Positions 38,431 to 50,118 of a stretch of DNA of 64,000 nt are shown piece by piece. Made by a program: the position numbers and the translations under genes. The notes under the pieces were generated by a model. It saw only the letters and a list, made by a program, of their open reading frames with translations, was not told the origin of the DNA and did not search any database. The DNA is from Steroidobacteraceae bacterium (lineage in GTDB: Bacteria > Pseudomonadota > Gammaproteobacteria > Steroidobacterales > Steroidobacteraceae). The DNA is taken from assembly GCA_035701825.1 (NCBI GenBank), contig DASSRK010000088.1:796-64795 (forward strand), written 5' to 3'. Position 1 is the first letter of the stretch. The number at the start of each line of letters is the position of its first letter.

Positions 38431-41400
38431 ATGGCTCCCTTCGCGAGATTTGCGGCACTGGTCGCCATGGTGGTCGGCGCATTCGTGCTCGCCGGGTGGA
38501 CCTTCGACCTCGAGCAGCTGACCAACCTCGTGCCCGGCTGGCCGAGCATGGTGCGGCTGTCGGCCACGGCCTTCGTGCTCACCGGCCTGGCGCTGTGGCT
38601 GCTGCAGTCGGGCTCGCGCCGTGCGGCCGTGGGCACGGCAGCACTGGTGGTCGCAATCGGCGCGGCGGTGCTGCTGGTCAACGCCACGGGCTGGAATGTC
38701 TACCTCGAGCAATGGTCGCTCGGGCCGGTACCGACAAGTTATGACGGCGAGAACGTCCCGCGTTTCGCGCCGGCGACCGCGCTCGCGTTCGTGATGCTCG
38801 GGCTGTCGTTGATCCTGGCCGTGCCGCCGGGGACGGCCCGGCTGCACCAGGCGCTCGCCATCGGCGGGCTGCTGGTGGGCTGGGTCGGGTTGTCGCGCTT
38901 CGTGTTCGGCAGCGAGACACTCTTCTGGTTCGCCGACATGGCGCTGCACACCGCGTTGCTGCTGGTGCTGCTGTCGCTGGCCATCATGGGATTGCGCACC
39001 GACGCCGGCATCGCGACGCTGCTCGCGAGCGACGGCGTGGGTGGCGGCATGGCGCGGCGGCTGCTGCCGGCGGCGGTGATCGTGCCGCTGGTGATCGGCG
39101 CACTCACCGTGCAGTACCAGCGACGCGCGCTGTTCGGTTTCGAATCCGCGGTGGCCATCTTCGCGCTGCTCAGCGTGATCGTGTTCGTGGCGTTCGTCTG
39201 GACCAATGCGGCGCGCGGCGAGCGCGCCGACCGTTTGCGGCGCAGTGCCGAGCGCGCGCTGCGACTCTCCGAAGAACGCTACCTGCTGAATTTCGAGAGC
39301 GCGCTCGACGCCATCATCATGATCGACAGCCACGGGTTCATCACCGGCTGGAACAACCAGTCGCAGAAGATGTTCGGCTGGCCGCGCGGCGAGGTGATGG
39401 GACGCGAGCTCGCGGAAATCATCATCCCGGAGCGTGATCGCGCCGCGCATCGCGCCGGGCTGCGCCGCTACGTCGAGACCGGCGTGGCGCGCGTGCTCAA
39501 CCGGCGCATCGAGATGTCGGCCGTGCATCGCGACGGCCGCGAATTCCCGGTGGAGCTCGCCATCCTGCCGATCGGCTTCGGCGAGGAGCTGGTGTTCACG
39601 GCGTTCATCCGCGACATCACCGAGCGGGCGCGCGCCGAGAGCGCGCTGCGCGAGAGCGAGCTGCGCTTCCGCACCACGGCCAATGCCGCGCCGGTGATGA
39701 TCTGGATGAGTGGCCCGGACCGGCGCTGCACCTGGTTCAACCAGCGCTGGCTGGACTTCGTCGGGCGCGACATGGAACAGGAGCTGGGCGATGGTTGGTG
39801 CGACAGCCTGCACCCCGCCGACTTCGATCGGGTACTCGACACGTACCACGCCGCCTTCGATGCGCGCCGCTCCTACGAGATGGAATACCGCCTGCAGCGC
39901 CAGGACGGCGCGTGGCGCTGGCTGCTGGAGCGCGCCACGCCGAACCTCGGCCCCGGCGGCGTCTTCGAAGGCTTCATCGGCACCTGCGTCGACATCACCG
40001 AGCACCGCGAGACGGTCGAGGCGCTGCGCGAGAACCGCGCGCGCTTCAAGACGCTGACCGAGTCGCTGCCGCAGATGATCTGGACCTGCTCGCGCGACGG
40101 CTCCTGCGACTACCTCTCGCGCCAATGGCTGGACTACACCGGCCGCAGCGAATCGCAACAGCTGGGCAAGGGCTGGCTCGAGCAGGTGCATCCCGAGGAT
40201 CGCGCCAAGGTCGAGGCCGAGTGGGGGCGCGTGGTCAGCAGCGGCGATACCTTCGACTGCACCTTCCGTATCGCGCGGTTCGACGGACAGTACCGCTGGT
40301 TCAAGACCCGCGCGGTACCGCTGCGCGACCCGGCCGGCCGCATCCTCAAGTGGTTCGGTTCGAACACCGACATCGAGGACTCGGTGCTGGCGAGCGCCAA
40401 GGTGCGCGTGCAGCTGGAACGCATGCAGCTGCTCGACCGGACCACGCAGGCCATCGGCGCGCACCAGCAGCCGGTGAAGGTGTTCGAAGTGGTGCTGCGC
40501 AGCCTGGAGGAAAACCTCGGCGTCGACTTCTGTTGCGTGGCGCGCTATCACACCGACCCGGCGCAGATCGAGATCACCCAGACCGGCGACCGGAGCATGC
40601 GTCTCGCCGCGCAGATGGGGCTCGATCCGCGGGCGAGGATCGAGGTGGACGCCGACGAGCTCGCGCGTTGCCTGCGGGGCGAGCTGGTCTACGAGCCCGA
40701 CGTGGAGCACGGGCCGAACTCCCGGCTGTGCCAACATCTCGGCCGCGGCGGCCTGCACGCACTGGTCGCCGCGCCGCTCGCGGTGGAGGAAGAGGTCTTC
40801 GGGGTGATGCTGGTCGCCAAGCGCGAGCCCGGGTCCTTCAGCAGCGACGACAACGAATTCCTGCGGCAGCTCTCCGGCCACGTGGCGCTGGCCGCGCGCC
40901 AGGCGCGCCTGTACGACGCGCTGGAGAATGCCTACCAGGACCTGCGCCAGACCCAGCAGACCGTGATGCAGCAGGAGCGCCTGCGCGCCCTCGGGCAGAT
41001 CGCCAGCGGCATCGCGCACGACATCAACAACGCGCTGTCCCCCGCCGCGCTGTACACGCAATCGTTGCTGATGCACGAGCCGGGGCTCTCGCCACGTTCG
41101 CGCGAACATCTCGCCGTCATCCAGCGCGCCATCGAAGATGTCGCGCAGACCGTGCAGCGCATGCGGGCGTTCTACCTGCCGCGCGGCCTCGAGCGCACGC
41201 TGGCGCCGATCGACCTGCACCCCTTGCTCACCCAGGTCATCGACCTGACGCGCGCGCGCTGGCAGAACATGCCGCAGGAACGCGGCATCGTGGTCAACGT
41301 GTCCACGGACTTCGGCGCCAGTCCGGCGCGCATCCTCGGCGCCGAGAGCGAATTGCGCGACGCACTGACCAACCTGGTGCTCAACGCGGTCGACGCGTTG

Positions 41401-42099
41401 CCCGAAGGCGGCACCGTGACGCTGCGCACCCGCCACGATGCGCGCGACAACCGGGTGATCGTGGAAGTGATCGACGACGGCATCGGCATGGATGAGGTCA
41501 CGCGCAGCCGCTGCCTCGAGCCGTTCTACACCACCAAGGGCGAGCGCGGCACCGGGCTCGGCCTCGCGATGGTGTTCGGCATGCTGCAGCGGCATGGCGG
41601 CGAGCTCGCGATCGACAGCACGCTCGGCCAGGGCACGACGATGCGGCTGTCGTTCCCGGCCGCCCCCACCGGCATGACCGCGCGCGAACGCGAGCTGCCG
41701 CCGGAGCTGCCGAAGCTGCGCGTCCTCCTGGTGGATGACGACCCGCTGGTGCTGAGATCGCTGCGCGACGCGCTCGAGAGCGACGAACACGAAGTGGTGA
41801 CCGCCGAAGGCGGCCAGGCCGGCATCGACGCCTTCGCGGCGCGGGTCGAGGCGGGCGAGAGGTTCGACCTCGTGATCACCGATCTCGGCATGCCCTACGT
41901 CGACGGCCGCAAGGTGGCGGCCGGCGTGCGCCAGCTCGATGCGCGCACGCCCATCATCATGCTCACCGGCTGGGGTCACCGGCTGAACGCCATCGACGAC
42001 AAGCCCGAGCACGTCGATCGCGTGGTCAGCAAGCCGCCGAAGATGGCGGAACTGCGCACCATCATCGCGGAGCTGATCCGGCGGCGGCCGGACGCGTGA
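38431..42099 (+). CDS. hybrid sensor histidine kinase: multi-TM N-domain, 3 PAS, GAF, HisKA, HATPase, REC
   Basis: 1222 aa. At least three PAS-like blocks (GFITGWNNQSQKMFGW; PVMIWMSGPDRRCTWFNQRWLDF; PQMIWTCSRDGSCDYLSRQWLDY). H-box SGIAHDINNAL, G-boxes DDGIGM/GTGLGL, and receiver LLVDDD...DLVITDLGMP...KP. Confidence 0.9.
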   Translation: MAPFARFAALVAMVVGAFVLAGWTFDLEQLTNLVPGWPSMVRLSATAFVLTGLALWLLQSGSRRAAVGTAALVVAIGAAVLLVNATGWNVYLEQWSLGPVPTSYDGENVPRFAPATALAFVMLGLSLILAVPPGTARLHQALAIGGLLVGWVGLSRFVFGSETLFWFADMALHTALLLVLLSLAIMGLRTDAGIATLLASDGVGGGMARRLLPAAVIVPLVIGALTVQYQRRALFGFESAVAIFALLSVIVFVAFVWTNAARGERADRLRRSAERALRLSEERYLLNFESALDAIIMIDSHGFITGWNNQSQKMFGWPRGEVMGRELAEIIIPERDRAAHRAGLRRYVETGVARVLNRRIEMSAVHRDGREFPVELAILPIGFGEELVFTAFIRDITERARAESALRESELRFRTTANAAPVMIWMSGPDRRCTWFNQRWLDFVGRDMEQELGDGWCDSLHPADFDRVLDTYHAAFDARRSYEMEYRLQRQDGAWRWLLERATPNLGPGGVFEGFIGTCVDITEHRETVEALRENRARFKTLTESLPQMIWTCSRDGSCDYLSRQWLDYTGRSESQQLGKGWLEQVHPEDRAKVEAEWGRVVSSGDTFDCTFRIARFDGQYRWFKTRAVPLRDPAGRILKWFGSNTDIEDSVLASAKVRVQLERMQLLDRTTQAIGAHQQPVKVFEVVLRSLEENLGVDFCCVARYHTDPAQIEITQTGDRSMRLAAQMGLDPRARIEVDADELARCLRGELVYEPDVEHGPNSRLCQHLGRGGLHALVAAPLAVEEEVFGVMLVAKREPGSFSSDDNEFLRQLSGHVALAARQARLYDALENAYQDLRQTQQTVMQQERLRALGQIASGIAHDINNALSPAALYTQSLLMHEPGLSPRSREHLAVIQRAIEDVAQTVQRMRAFYLPRGLERTLAPIDLHPLLTQVIDLTRARWQNMPQERGIVVNVSTDFGASPARILGAESELRDALTNLVLNAVDALPEGGTVTLRTRHDARDNRVIVEVIDDGIGMDEVTRSRCLEPFYTTKGERGTGLGLAMVFGMLQRHGGELAIDSTLGQGTTMRLSFPAAPTGMTARERELPPELPKLRVLLVDDDPLVLRSLRDALESDEHEVVTAEGGQAGIDAFAARVEAGERFDLVITDLGMPYVDGRKVAAGVRQLDARTPIIMLTGWGHRLNAIDDKPEHVDRVVSKPPKMAELRTIIAELIRRRPDA

Positions 42100-42109
42100 C
42101 CTGGCGGCG

Positions 42110-43348
42110 CTACGTCGGCGCGCCGGGCCCCGAGGCGACGGGGTGCGGCTGGTGCGCGTCGTGCCAGCGGCGCGACAGGTACCAGCAGCTGGCCGCGGCG
42201 CAGGTGAACGCCAGCGAGGCCCACGCCAGCCACTCGAGATGCGCCTGGGTTTTCGTGGACACCAGGCCGAGCGTGGACGCGGTGACCAGCAGCGCGACGA
42301 AGGACTGCGCCGAGGCCGCGGTGCCGCGCGCCGCCGGGAACAGGTCGAGCATGCGCAAGGTCAGCACCGGGAACGCGATCTGCGCGCCGAGGCCGGCGCC
42401 GAACAGCAGCAGCTGCTGGACCGGCACGGGAACGCTCTCGAGGCCGGCGTGCAGCAGCACCCGCGCCAGTGACACCCCGAAGGTGATCGAGATGCCGAGC
42501 CGCACCTGGAACACCAGGCTGAGGCGCCCGGCGATGCGGCCCGACACCCAGGCGCCGAGCAGGATGCCGAGGATCACCGGCACGAACAGCGCGGCGTACG
42601 AGGTCTCGCTCATGCCCCAGTGACGTTCGACGATGGCCGGCGCCGCGCCGATGAGCACCGACAGCGACGAGAAGTTGACCGCGGCGGCCAGCGCCAGCAT
42701 CAGGAATTCCGGGTGGCGCAGCACCGTCCACGAGGTCGACACCAGGTTGCGGCCATTGAACGGCAGGCGCGCGGCGGGCGGATGCGTCTCGGGCAATCGC
42801 CACCAGGCCGAGAAGGTGAACGCCAGCCCGCACAACACCATGAACGCGAACACCGCGCGCCAGCCGAACGCCACGTGCGCCCAGCCGCCGACGATCGGCG
42901 CGATCGCGGGCGCGATGCTGAAGATCATCGTGGTCATGCTCATGAGGTGCTGGGCGCGCGCGCCCTGGTAAAGGTCGCGGATCACCGCGCGGCCGATGAC
43001 CACGCCCACGCCCGCGGTCGCACCCTGCAGCATGCGCGCCGCGATCAGCGCGCCGTAGTTAGGCGCGACCGTGCAGGCCACCGAGCCCACGGTGTACAGC
43101 GCCATGCCCCAGATCATCACCGGGCGGCGCCCGATCGCGTCCGACAGCGGGCCGTGCACCAGCGAGGCGAAGGCGAACGGCACCATGTACGCGGTCAGCA
43201 CCTGCTGCAGCGCCCAGGGGCTGACGCGCAGCGCCTTTTCCATGGCATGGAAGGCGGGGAAGAAGGTATCGATGGAGAACGGGCTCACCATCGACAGCCC
43301 GCCGATGAGCACGGCGAGCATCGTGTAACCGGGCAGTTTGTGTTGCAA
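42110..43348 (-). CDS. Bcr/CflA-family MFS drug-resistance transporter
   Basis: 412 aa with 12 TM. N-terminus LAVLIGGLSMVSPFSIDTFFPAF and GPLSDAIGRRP are typical of Bcr/CflA. Confidence 0.87.
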   Translation of the reverse strand: MQHKLPGYTMLAVLIGGLSMVSPFSIDTFFPAFHAMEKALRVSPWALQQVLTAYMVPFAFASLVHGPLSDAIGRRPVMIWGMALYTVGSVACTVAPNYGALIAARMLQGATAGVGVVIGRAVIRDLYQGARAQHLMSMTTMIFSIAPAIAPIVGGWAHVAFGWRAVFAFMVLCGLAFTFSAWWRLPETHPPAARLPFNGRNLVSTSWTVLRHPEFLMLALAAAVNFSSLSVLIGAAPAIVERHWGMSETSYAALFVPVILGILLGAWVSGRIAGRLSLVFQVRLGISITFGVSLARVLLHAGLESVPVPVQQLLLFGAGLGAQIAFPVLTLRMLDLFPAARGTAASAQSFVALLVTASTLGLVSTKTQAHLEWLAWASLAFTCAAASCWYLSRRWHDAHQPHPVASGPGAPT

Positions 43349-43363
43349 GCGGGGAGCCGGGCG

Positions 43364-44121
43364 TCAGGGCCGCAGCGATCTCAGGAAGTTGCCTGCATCC
43401 TGTCCGTTTTCCACCACTTCCACAAGCGCCGAGCCGACGATCACGCCGGCGACGTGGCCGCGCAGCTGGTCGACCTGCTCGCGTGCGCGTATGCCGAAGC
43501 CGGCGCACACCGGTAGTTTGGAAGCGCCGACCACGGCGTCGAGATAGTTCGAGACCTCGCCGGGCACCGACGCGTTGCGGCCGGTGGTCCCGGTCATGGT
43601 GACCGCGTAGACGAAGCCCTGGGTCGCGGCGCACAGCCGCCGGGTGCGTTCCGGCGTGGTCACCGGCGTCACCATCTGGATCTGCGCGAGGCCGTGCGGC
43701 GCCAGCGCGGCGCGGAAGTCCTCGCTCTCGTCGAAGGGCAGGTCCGGCACGATGAAGCCGCAGACACCGGCCTGGACGGCCGCGGCCGCCAGATCGGGGA
43801 AGCCGAACGACAGCAGCGGGTTGAGGTAGCTCATCAGCACCAGCGGCGCGCGCGGGCGCTGCATGCCGCGCAGGGTGTCGAGCAGCCAGCGCAGCGTGAA
43901 GCCCTGGGCGAGCGCCTCGCGGCTGGAGCGCTGGATGGTCATGCCGTCGGCCATCGGGTCGGTGAATGGCACGCCGATCTCCACCACGTCGGCCTCGTTG
44001 CCCACCTGCGTGAGCAGCTCGCGGAATTTCTCGCGGTTCGGGAAGCCGCCGGTGACGAAGGCCACCAGCGCCATGCCGCCGCGCGCATCGCGAATCGCGG
44101 TGCTGATGCGGTCGGCGGGGG

Positions 44122-44125
<4 letters not shown>
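43364..44125 (-). CDS. trpA: tryptophan synthase alpha chain
   Basis: 253 aa. The GTG start overlaps the trpB stop (GTGA). Contains [11 protein letters not shown]...[14 protein letters not shown]. Confidence 0.92.
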
Positions 44126-45368
<1,243 letters not shown>

Positions 45369-45372
<4 letters not shown>

Positions 45373-45971
45373 GCGATCTCCAGTGCTGCCGCCCTTGCGG
45401 CAGCCACGAATTGTCCGATCTTGTGCGCGCTCTTGAGGCCGGGGCTGTGCTCGACCCCGCTCGACACGTCGACGCCGAACGGCCGCACCTGGCGGATGGC
45501 GGCGGCGACGTTGTCGGGGTTCAACCCACCCGCGAGGATGACCTGCGCGCGCCGCGCCAGCGTGGCGGCCTCGTTCCAGTCGGTAGTTTGGCCGCTGCCG
45601 CTCACGGGTCCCTCGAACAGCACGCGGCCCGGCAGCGCGCACGCGGGTTGCGGCCCCGGCCGCATCACCGGCAGCACGCCGAGCTCGCGCGGCAGCGCCA
45701 GCCCCTCGAGGTCGTCGATGTCGGTCTGCAGGATGTCGGGCTTGAACTCGCGCAGGATGGCGTCCACCTGTTCGCGCCGCGGATGGCGCGTCACGGCCAC
45801 GCAGGCCACGCGCCGGCGCGCCGGGGCCGCGAGCTCGCAGGCGCGCGCCGTGGTGACGTTGCGCACCGAGGCGGCGAATACGAAGCCGATGGCGTCGACC
45901 TCGCAGTCGAGCGCGGCCTGCACGGCCTCGGGCGTGGTCATGCCGCACAACTTGATGAAAAGATCGCTCAC
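45369..45971 (-). CDS. trpF: phosphoribosylanthranilate isomerase
   Basis: 200 aa beginning [13 protein letters not shown]...DAIGFVFA, and ending GGLNPDNV...[11 protein letters not shown]. Confidence 0.9.
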
Positions 45972-46822
45972 CGCGCGCCACCGGCGCGGCTCGCGACCGC
46001 CGCGCGCCCCGCGCGCAGCATGTCGCGCGCGAGTGCGGCAGGGTCGGCGGATGACATCAACGCGCTGCCCACCAGCGCGAGGTCGTAACCCGCGGCCGCC
46101 ACGCGCGCCGCGTCGTCGGCCGACGCGACACCGCTTTCGGCGACCCGCGGCACGTTGTCCGGCAGCGAGGATGCCAGCAGGTCGAGCCTTCCGGGCACCA
46201 CCTGCAGCGTCACGAGATCCCGCGAATTCACGCCCACCATGAGCCGTGCGCGGCTCGCGGGGCGCGCGTCGATGAGGGCGTTCGCGAGCTCGATGTCGGG
46301 CAGGTCGAAGGTCTCGAGGAGCACGAACATGTCCAGCTCGAGCGCGGTGTCGATGAGCTGGTCGAGCTCGATGCGCGACAGCATGCGCAGGATGGCGAGC
46401 ACACCGCCCGCTCCCGCGGCGCGGCCCTCCAGCACCTGGTAGCCGTCGACCAGGAAATCCTTGCGCATCGCCGGAACCTTCAGCGGCGCCAGCGCCTGGC
46501 TGCCGGCGCCCAGGTCGGCCAGCGACCCGTCGAAACGGCTGGGCTCGGTGAGAATGGAAACGGCCGCCGCGCCGGCGCGCGCGTAGCTCACGACCCGCGC
46601 GCCGACGTCGTCTTCGGCGGCGGCCTTGAGCACTCCCACCGCGGGCGAACGCAATTTCACTTCGGCGATGAGATCGAAGCGATCCAGCGCCAGCGCGGGC
46701 GGCGGCGGCAGCTCGGCAATGCGCGCGCGCAGCTCACGCGCGGGCGTCGCATCCTGGGCGGCCGCCGAGCGGGCGCGGCTGGAGGCCGCCATGTGCCCGA
46801 GGAAGTCGTTGGCACCGCTCAT
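45968..46822 (-). CDS. trpC: indole-3-glycerol-phosphate synthase (monofunctional)
   Basis: 284 aa from ATG 46822. [42 protein letters not shown]. Confidence 0.87.
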   Translation of the reverse strand: MSGANDFLGHMAASSRARSAAAQDATPARELRARIAELPPPPALALDRFDLIAEVKLRSPAVGVLKAAAEDDVGARVVSYARAGAAAVSILTEPSRFDGSLADLGAGSQALAPLKVPAMRKDFLVDGYQVLEGRAAGAGGVLAILRMLSRIELDQLIDTALELDMFVLLETFDLPDIELANALIDARPASRARLMVGVNSRDLVTLQVVPGRLDLLASSLPDNVPRVAESGVASADDAARVAAAGYDLALVGSALMSSADPAALARDMLRAGRAAVASRAGGAR

Positions 46823-47847
46823 GCCGCGCCTCGAGCGCCGAAGGACGCGAGCGCGTCCAGGGTCTTGCGCGCCGCGCCGCTGTCGATGGCCGCCGCGGCC
46901 AGGCGCACGCCTTCGCGCGGCTCGCTGACCTTGCCGACGATCTCGAGCGCGAGCGCCGTGCCCAGCAGCAAGGCGTCGCGATGCGCGCCGCGCTCCTCGC
47001 CGCACAGCACGGCGCGCAGCGCGCGCGCATTCGAGGCGGCGTCGCCGCCGGCGAGATCGGTGGCGCCACACAGGTCGAGGCCATAGTCGGAGGGACTGCG
47101 AATCGAGGCGCTGACGTGACCCGGCCGCACGTCGAGCACCGTGAACGGGCCCATCGGGGTCGGCTCGTCCCATCCCTCCGCACCGTGCACGACGAAGGCG
47201 CGCTCGACGCCGAGGCCGGCGAGCGCGTCGGCCATGAGTTGCGCGGTAGGCAGATTGAAGGCACCGGTGAGCTGGTACTTCGGGGCCGCGGGATTGGTCA
47301 GCGGTCCGAGGATGTTGAAGACCGTGCGCACGCCCATGGCCTGGCGGATCGGCGCCACCGCCTTCATGGCCGGGTGGTAATGCGGCGCGAACAGGAAGGT
47401 GAAGCGCGTGGCGGCCAGGCAGGCGCCCGCGGCCGACTCGTCGAGCGGCAGCCCGAGTCCGAGCTGCTCGAGCACGTCGGCGCTGCCGGACCTGCTCGAC
47501 ACCGAGCGGTTGCCGTGCTTGACCACGTCGACGCCGCAGGCCGCGGTCAGCAGCGCCGCGCCGGTAGATAGATTGAAGCTGCCGGAGGAATCGCCGCCGG
47601 TGCCGACGATGTCGATGGCGTCCGGGTGCGCCGCGATGGCGGGCTGGCGCGCCAGCGCGCGCATGGCGCGCGCGAAGCCGCGCACTTCATCGGCGGTCAC
47701 GCCCTTGGAACGCAGCGAAGCCAGCAACGCGCCGGCCAGCGGCGGCGGCATCTCGCTGGAGGTCAGCGCACGCAGCAGCTCGGAGGCCTCGGCCTCGCTC
47801 AGCGACTTGCCGGACAGCAGGTGCTCGAGCGTGTCGCGCAGCGTCAC
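46819..47847 (-). CDS. trpD: anthranilate phosphoribosyltransferase
   Basis: 342 aa. [17 protein letters not shown] and [20 protein letters not shown]. Confidence 0.93.
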   Translation of the reverse strand: MTLRDTLEHLLSGKSLSEAEASELLRALTSSEMPPPLAGALLASLRSKGVTADEVRGFARAMRALARQPAIAAHPDAIDIVGTGGDSSGSFNLSTGAALLTAACGVDVVKHGNRSVSSRSGSADVLEQLGLGLPLDESAAGACLAATRFTFLFAPHYHPAMKAVAPIRQAMGVRTVFNILGPLTNPAAPKYQLTGAFNLPTAQLMADALAGLGVERAFVVHGAEGWDEPTPMGPFTVLDVRPGHVSASIRSPSDYGLDLCGATDLAGGDAASNARALRAVLCGEERGAHRDALLLGTALALEIVGKVSEPREGVRLAAAAIDSGAARKTLDALASFGARGAA

Positions 47848-48431
47848 TGCCGGCCTCCGGTCATCTTGAGGAAATTGCCGATCAGCGCGGGACCTTCGGG
47901 CGTGAGCACGCTCTCCGGGTGGAACTGCACGCCCTCGACTCTCAGGATCCTGTGCCGCACGCCCATGATCTCGCCCTCCGGCGTGCGCGCCGTGACTTCG
48001 AGCTCGGCCGGCAGCGTGTCGGGCCTGGCGATCAGCGAGTGGTAGCGCCCCACCTCGGTGGTGGGCTGCAGCCCGGCGAACAGTCCCTTGCCGTCGTGCG
48101 TCACCGGCGAGGTCTTGCCGTGCATCAATCGCCCGGCTCTAACTACTTTGCCGCCGAACACCTCGACGATGGACTGGTGGCCGAGGCACACGCCGAACAC
48201 CGGCACCTGCCCGGCGAACGCGCGGATCATGTCCATCGACACGCCGGCGTCGTAGGGCGTGCCGGGCCCGGGCGAAATGCACAGGTGCGTGGGATCCAGC
48301 GCCTGCGCCTGTTCCACGGTGATCGCGTCGTTGCGGCGCACGTCCACCTCGGCACCCAGCACCATGAAGGCCTGCACCAGGTTGTAGGTGAAGGAGTCGT
48401 AGTTGTCGATCAACAGCAGGCGGACGCTCAT
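47844..48431 (-). CDS. trpG: anthranilate synthase component II (glutamine amidotransferase)
   Basis: 195 aa. [13 protein letters not shown], catalytic GVCLGHQ, and GVQFHPES. Confidence 0.93.
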   Translation of the reverse strand: MSVRLLLIDNYDSFTYNLVQAFMVLGAEVDVRRNDAITVEQAQALDPTHLCISPGPGTPYDAGVSMDMIRAFAGQVPVFGVCLGHQSIVEVFGGKVVRAGRLMHGKTSPVTHDGKGLFAGLQPTTEVGRYHSLIARPDTLPAELEVTARTPEGEIMGVRHRILRVEGVQFHPESVLTPEGPALIGNFLKMTGGRQ

Positions 48432-49831
48432 AAACCCTCGGATGCCATCTTGAGCGCGCGCGCCATGGCGCCGCTCTTGGCGACGACCTCGTCGTATTCC
48501 GCCGCCGGCACGCTGTCGGCGACGATGCCGGCACCGGCCTGGTAGCTGTATTCATCGCCGCGGAACACCAGCGTGCGGATGGTGATCGCCTGGTCCATGT
48601 CGCCGCGCGCGCCGAAGTAGCCGACCGTGCCACCGTACAGGCCGCGCCGCACCGGCTCGAGCTCGTCGATGATCTCCATGGCGCGCACCTTCGGCGCGCC
48701 CACCAGCGTGCCGGCCGGGAAGGTGGCCGCGAACAGGTCGAAGGCATCGCGGCCCGGCGCGAGCTGGCCCTTCACGCCGCTGACGATGTGCATCACGTGG
48801 CTGTAGCGCTCGATGACGCGGTACGGATCGACGTGCACGCTGCCGGCGCGCGCCACGCGGCCGAGGTCGTTGCGCGCCAGGTCCACCAGCATCACGTGCT
48901 CGGCGTTCTCCTTCACGTCGGCCAGCAGCTCGCGTTCGTGGCGCTGGTCCTCGGCCATGTCCTCGGCGCGCGGCCGGGTGCCGGCGATGGGTCGCAGTTC
49001 CGCGCGACCCGCGGCGTTCACCTTGACCAGCGCCTCGGGCGAGGAGCCGACCACGGTCACCTCGCCGAGCTTGCAGTAGTACATGTAGGGCGACGGGTTG
49101 ATCAGGCGCAGCGCGCGATAGGCCTCGAAGGGATCCAGCGAGTGGCGGCCGGAGAAGCGCGACGACAACACCAGCTGGTAGACGTCGCCGGCCGCGATGT
49201 ATTCCTGCGTGCGCTTCACGCCCGCCATGTATTGCTCGCGCGACAGGGAGCTCACGGCCTCCGAGTAGCGCGCGCCCGCATGCGGGCCGTTGCGCAGGTA
49301 GTCAGGCAGGCCGCCGCGCAGCGCGCCGATGACTTCGCGGCGCAGCGACTGGCGCTCGGCCTCGCTGCCGGCGTGCAGCAGCGCGATGCCGCGCGTCAGG
49401 TGATCGAACACCAGCATCGACTCGGGCGCGACGTAGTGCAGGTCCGGCACCGGCGCGTCGGCGTGCGCCTTCGAGGGCAGGCGCTCGAAGTAGCGCACCA
49501 CGTCGTACGAGGAATAGCCGACCAGGCCGCCGGCCAGCGGCACGCCCGCCATCTCGGGCAGCGGCTTGGGCGCCTGGCGCAGCGCGTTGCGCAACGCGCC
49601 TAACAACTCGGCCTGGTTGGCGGGCCGCCGCCGCAGCTCGTCGCCGACCTTGAGCCCGGCGGGATCCAGCCGGACTTCCAGGCACTTGCCGAAGCCGATG
49701 AACGAGTAGCGCGCCAGGCGCTCGCCGCCCTCGACGCTCTCCAGCAGGAAGCGCGGGTTGAACGCGCCCAGCTTGGCGAAGGCCGATACCGGCGTGTCCA
49801 GGTCTCCGGCGATGTCGAATGGCGGTTTCAC
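48428..49831 (-). CDS. trpE: anthranilate synthase component I
   Basis: Chorismate-binding motifs ([44 protein letters not shown]). GTG 49831 (after GGAG) is preferred because the track start 49900 would overlap the attenuator terminator. Confidence 0.9.
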   Translation of the reverse strand: MKPPFDIAGDLDTPVSAFAKLGAFNPRFLLESVEGGERLARYSFIGFGKCLEVRLDPAGLKVGDELRRRPANQAELLGALRNALRQAPKPLPEMAGVPLAGGLVGYSSYDVVRYFERLPSKAHADAPVPDLHYVAPESMLVFDHLTRGIALLHAGSEAERQSLRREVIGALRGGLPDYLRNGPHAGARYSEAVSSLSREQYMAGVKRTQEYIAAGDVYQLVLSSRFSGRHSLDPFEAYRALRLINPSPYMYYCKLGEVTVVGSSPEALVKVNAAGRAELRPIAGTRPRAEDMAEDQRHERELLADVKENAEHVMLVDLARNDLGRVARAGSVHVDPYRVIERYSHVMHIVSGVKGQLAPGRDAFDLFAATFPAGTLVGAPKVRAMEIIDELEPVRRGLYGGTVGYFGARGDMDQAITIRTLVFRGDEYSYQAGAGIVADSVPAAEYDEVVAKSGAMARALKMASEGL

Positions 49832-49885
49832 CGCATGTTTCTCCGCTTTTCCTCGAGTTCCTGCGCGGCTTGCGCCGCGCGCAGA

Positions 49886-49926
49886 CAACAAAAAACCCAT
49901 CTCTGGCTGCTACCGGAGATGGGTTC
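49886..49926 (-). terminator. trp attenuator: intrinsic terminator between leader peptide and trpE
   Basis: On the minus strand, (G)AACCCATCTC, a 12-nt loop, GAGATGGGTT, then TTTTGTTG. It lies 57 nt after the leader stop and 55 nt before the trpE start. Confidence 0.75.
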
Positions 49927-49982
49927 TTCTGGAATTCGCTGATCAGTTCAGGTGTGCAATAGCGATCCGGGACGCCCTCTCC

Positions 49983-50030
49983 TCAGGGGAGGCGCCACCA
50001 CCAGACTTTGCTCATGCCGTTCTTGATCAT
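49983..50030 (-). CDS. trpL: trp operon leader peptide (MIKNGMSKVWWWRLP)
   Basis: A 16-codon ORF, too short for the track, with three consecutive TGG codons (49995-50003). Followed by alternative hairpins and a terminator directly upstream of trpEGDCFBA. Confidence 0.75.
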   Translation of the reverse strand: MIKNGMSKVWWWRLP

Positions 50031-50039
50031 GGGGCGGCG

Positions 50040-50069
50040 AGTATCGCCAAGCCCCGAAGCTGTCGTCAA
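50040..50069 (-). promoter_or_regulatory. candidate sigma70 promoter of the trp operon
   Basis: On the minus strand, TTGACG, 18-nt spacer, GATACT. Only 9 nt separate the -10 element from the leader ATG, implying a leaderless or near-leaderless transcript. Matched by eye only. Confidence 0.4.
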
Positions 50070-50118
50070 GGCTCGCGAGGATTAATATCGCCCTCCTTGC
50101 AACAACAGGGAGCCATGC

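Noticed and set aside
38416-42012. 1198-aa ORF on the minus strand, antisense to the hybrid histidine kinase
   Set aside because: The sequence is Arg/Ala/Gly/His-rich low-complexity with no recognisable motifs. The sense strand encodes a complete, motif-rich kinase. This is a typical stop-codon-poor antisense frame of high-GC DNA.
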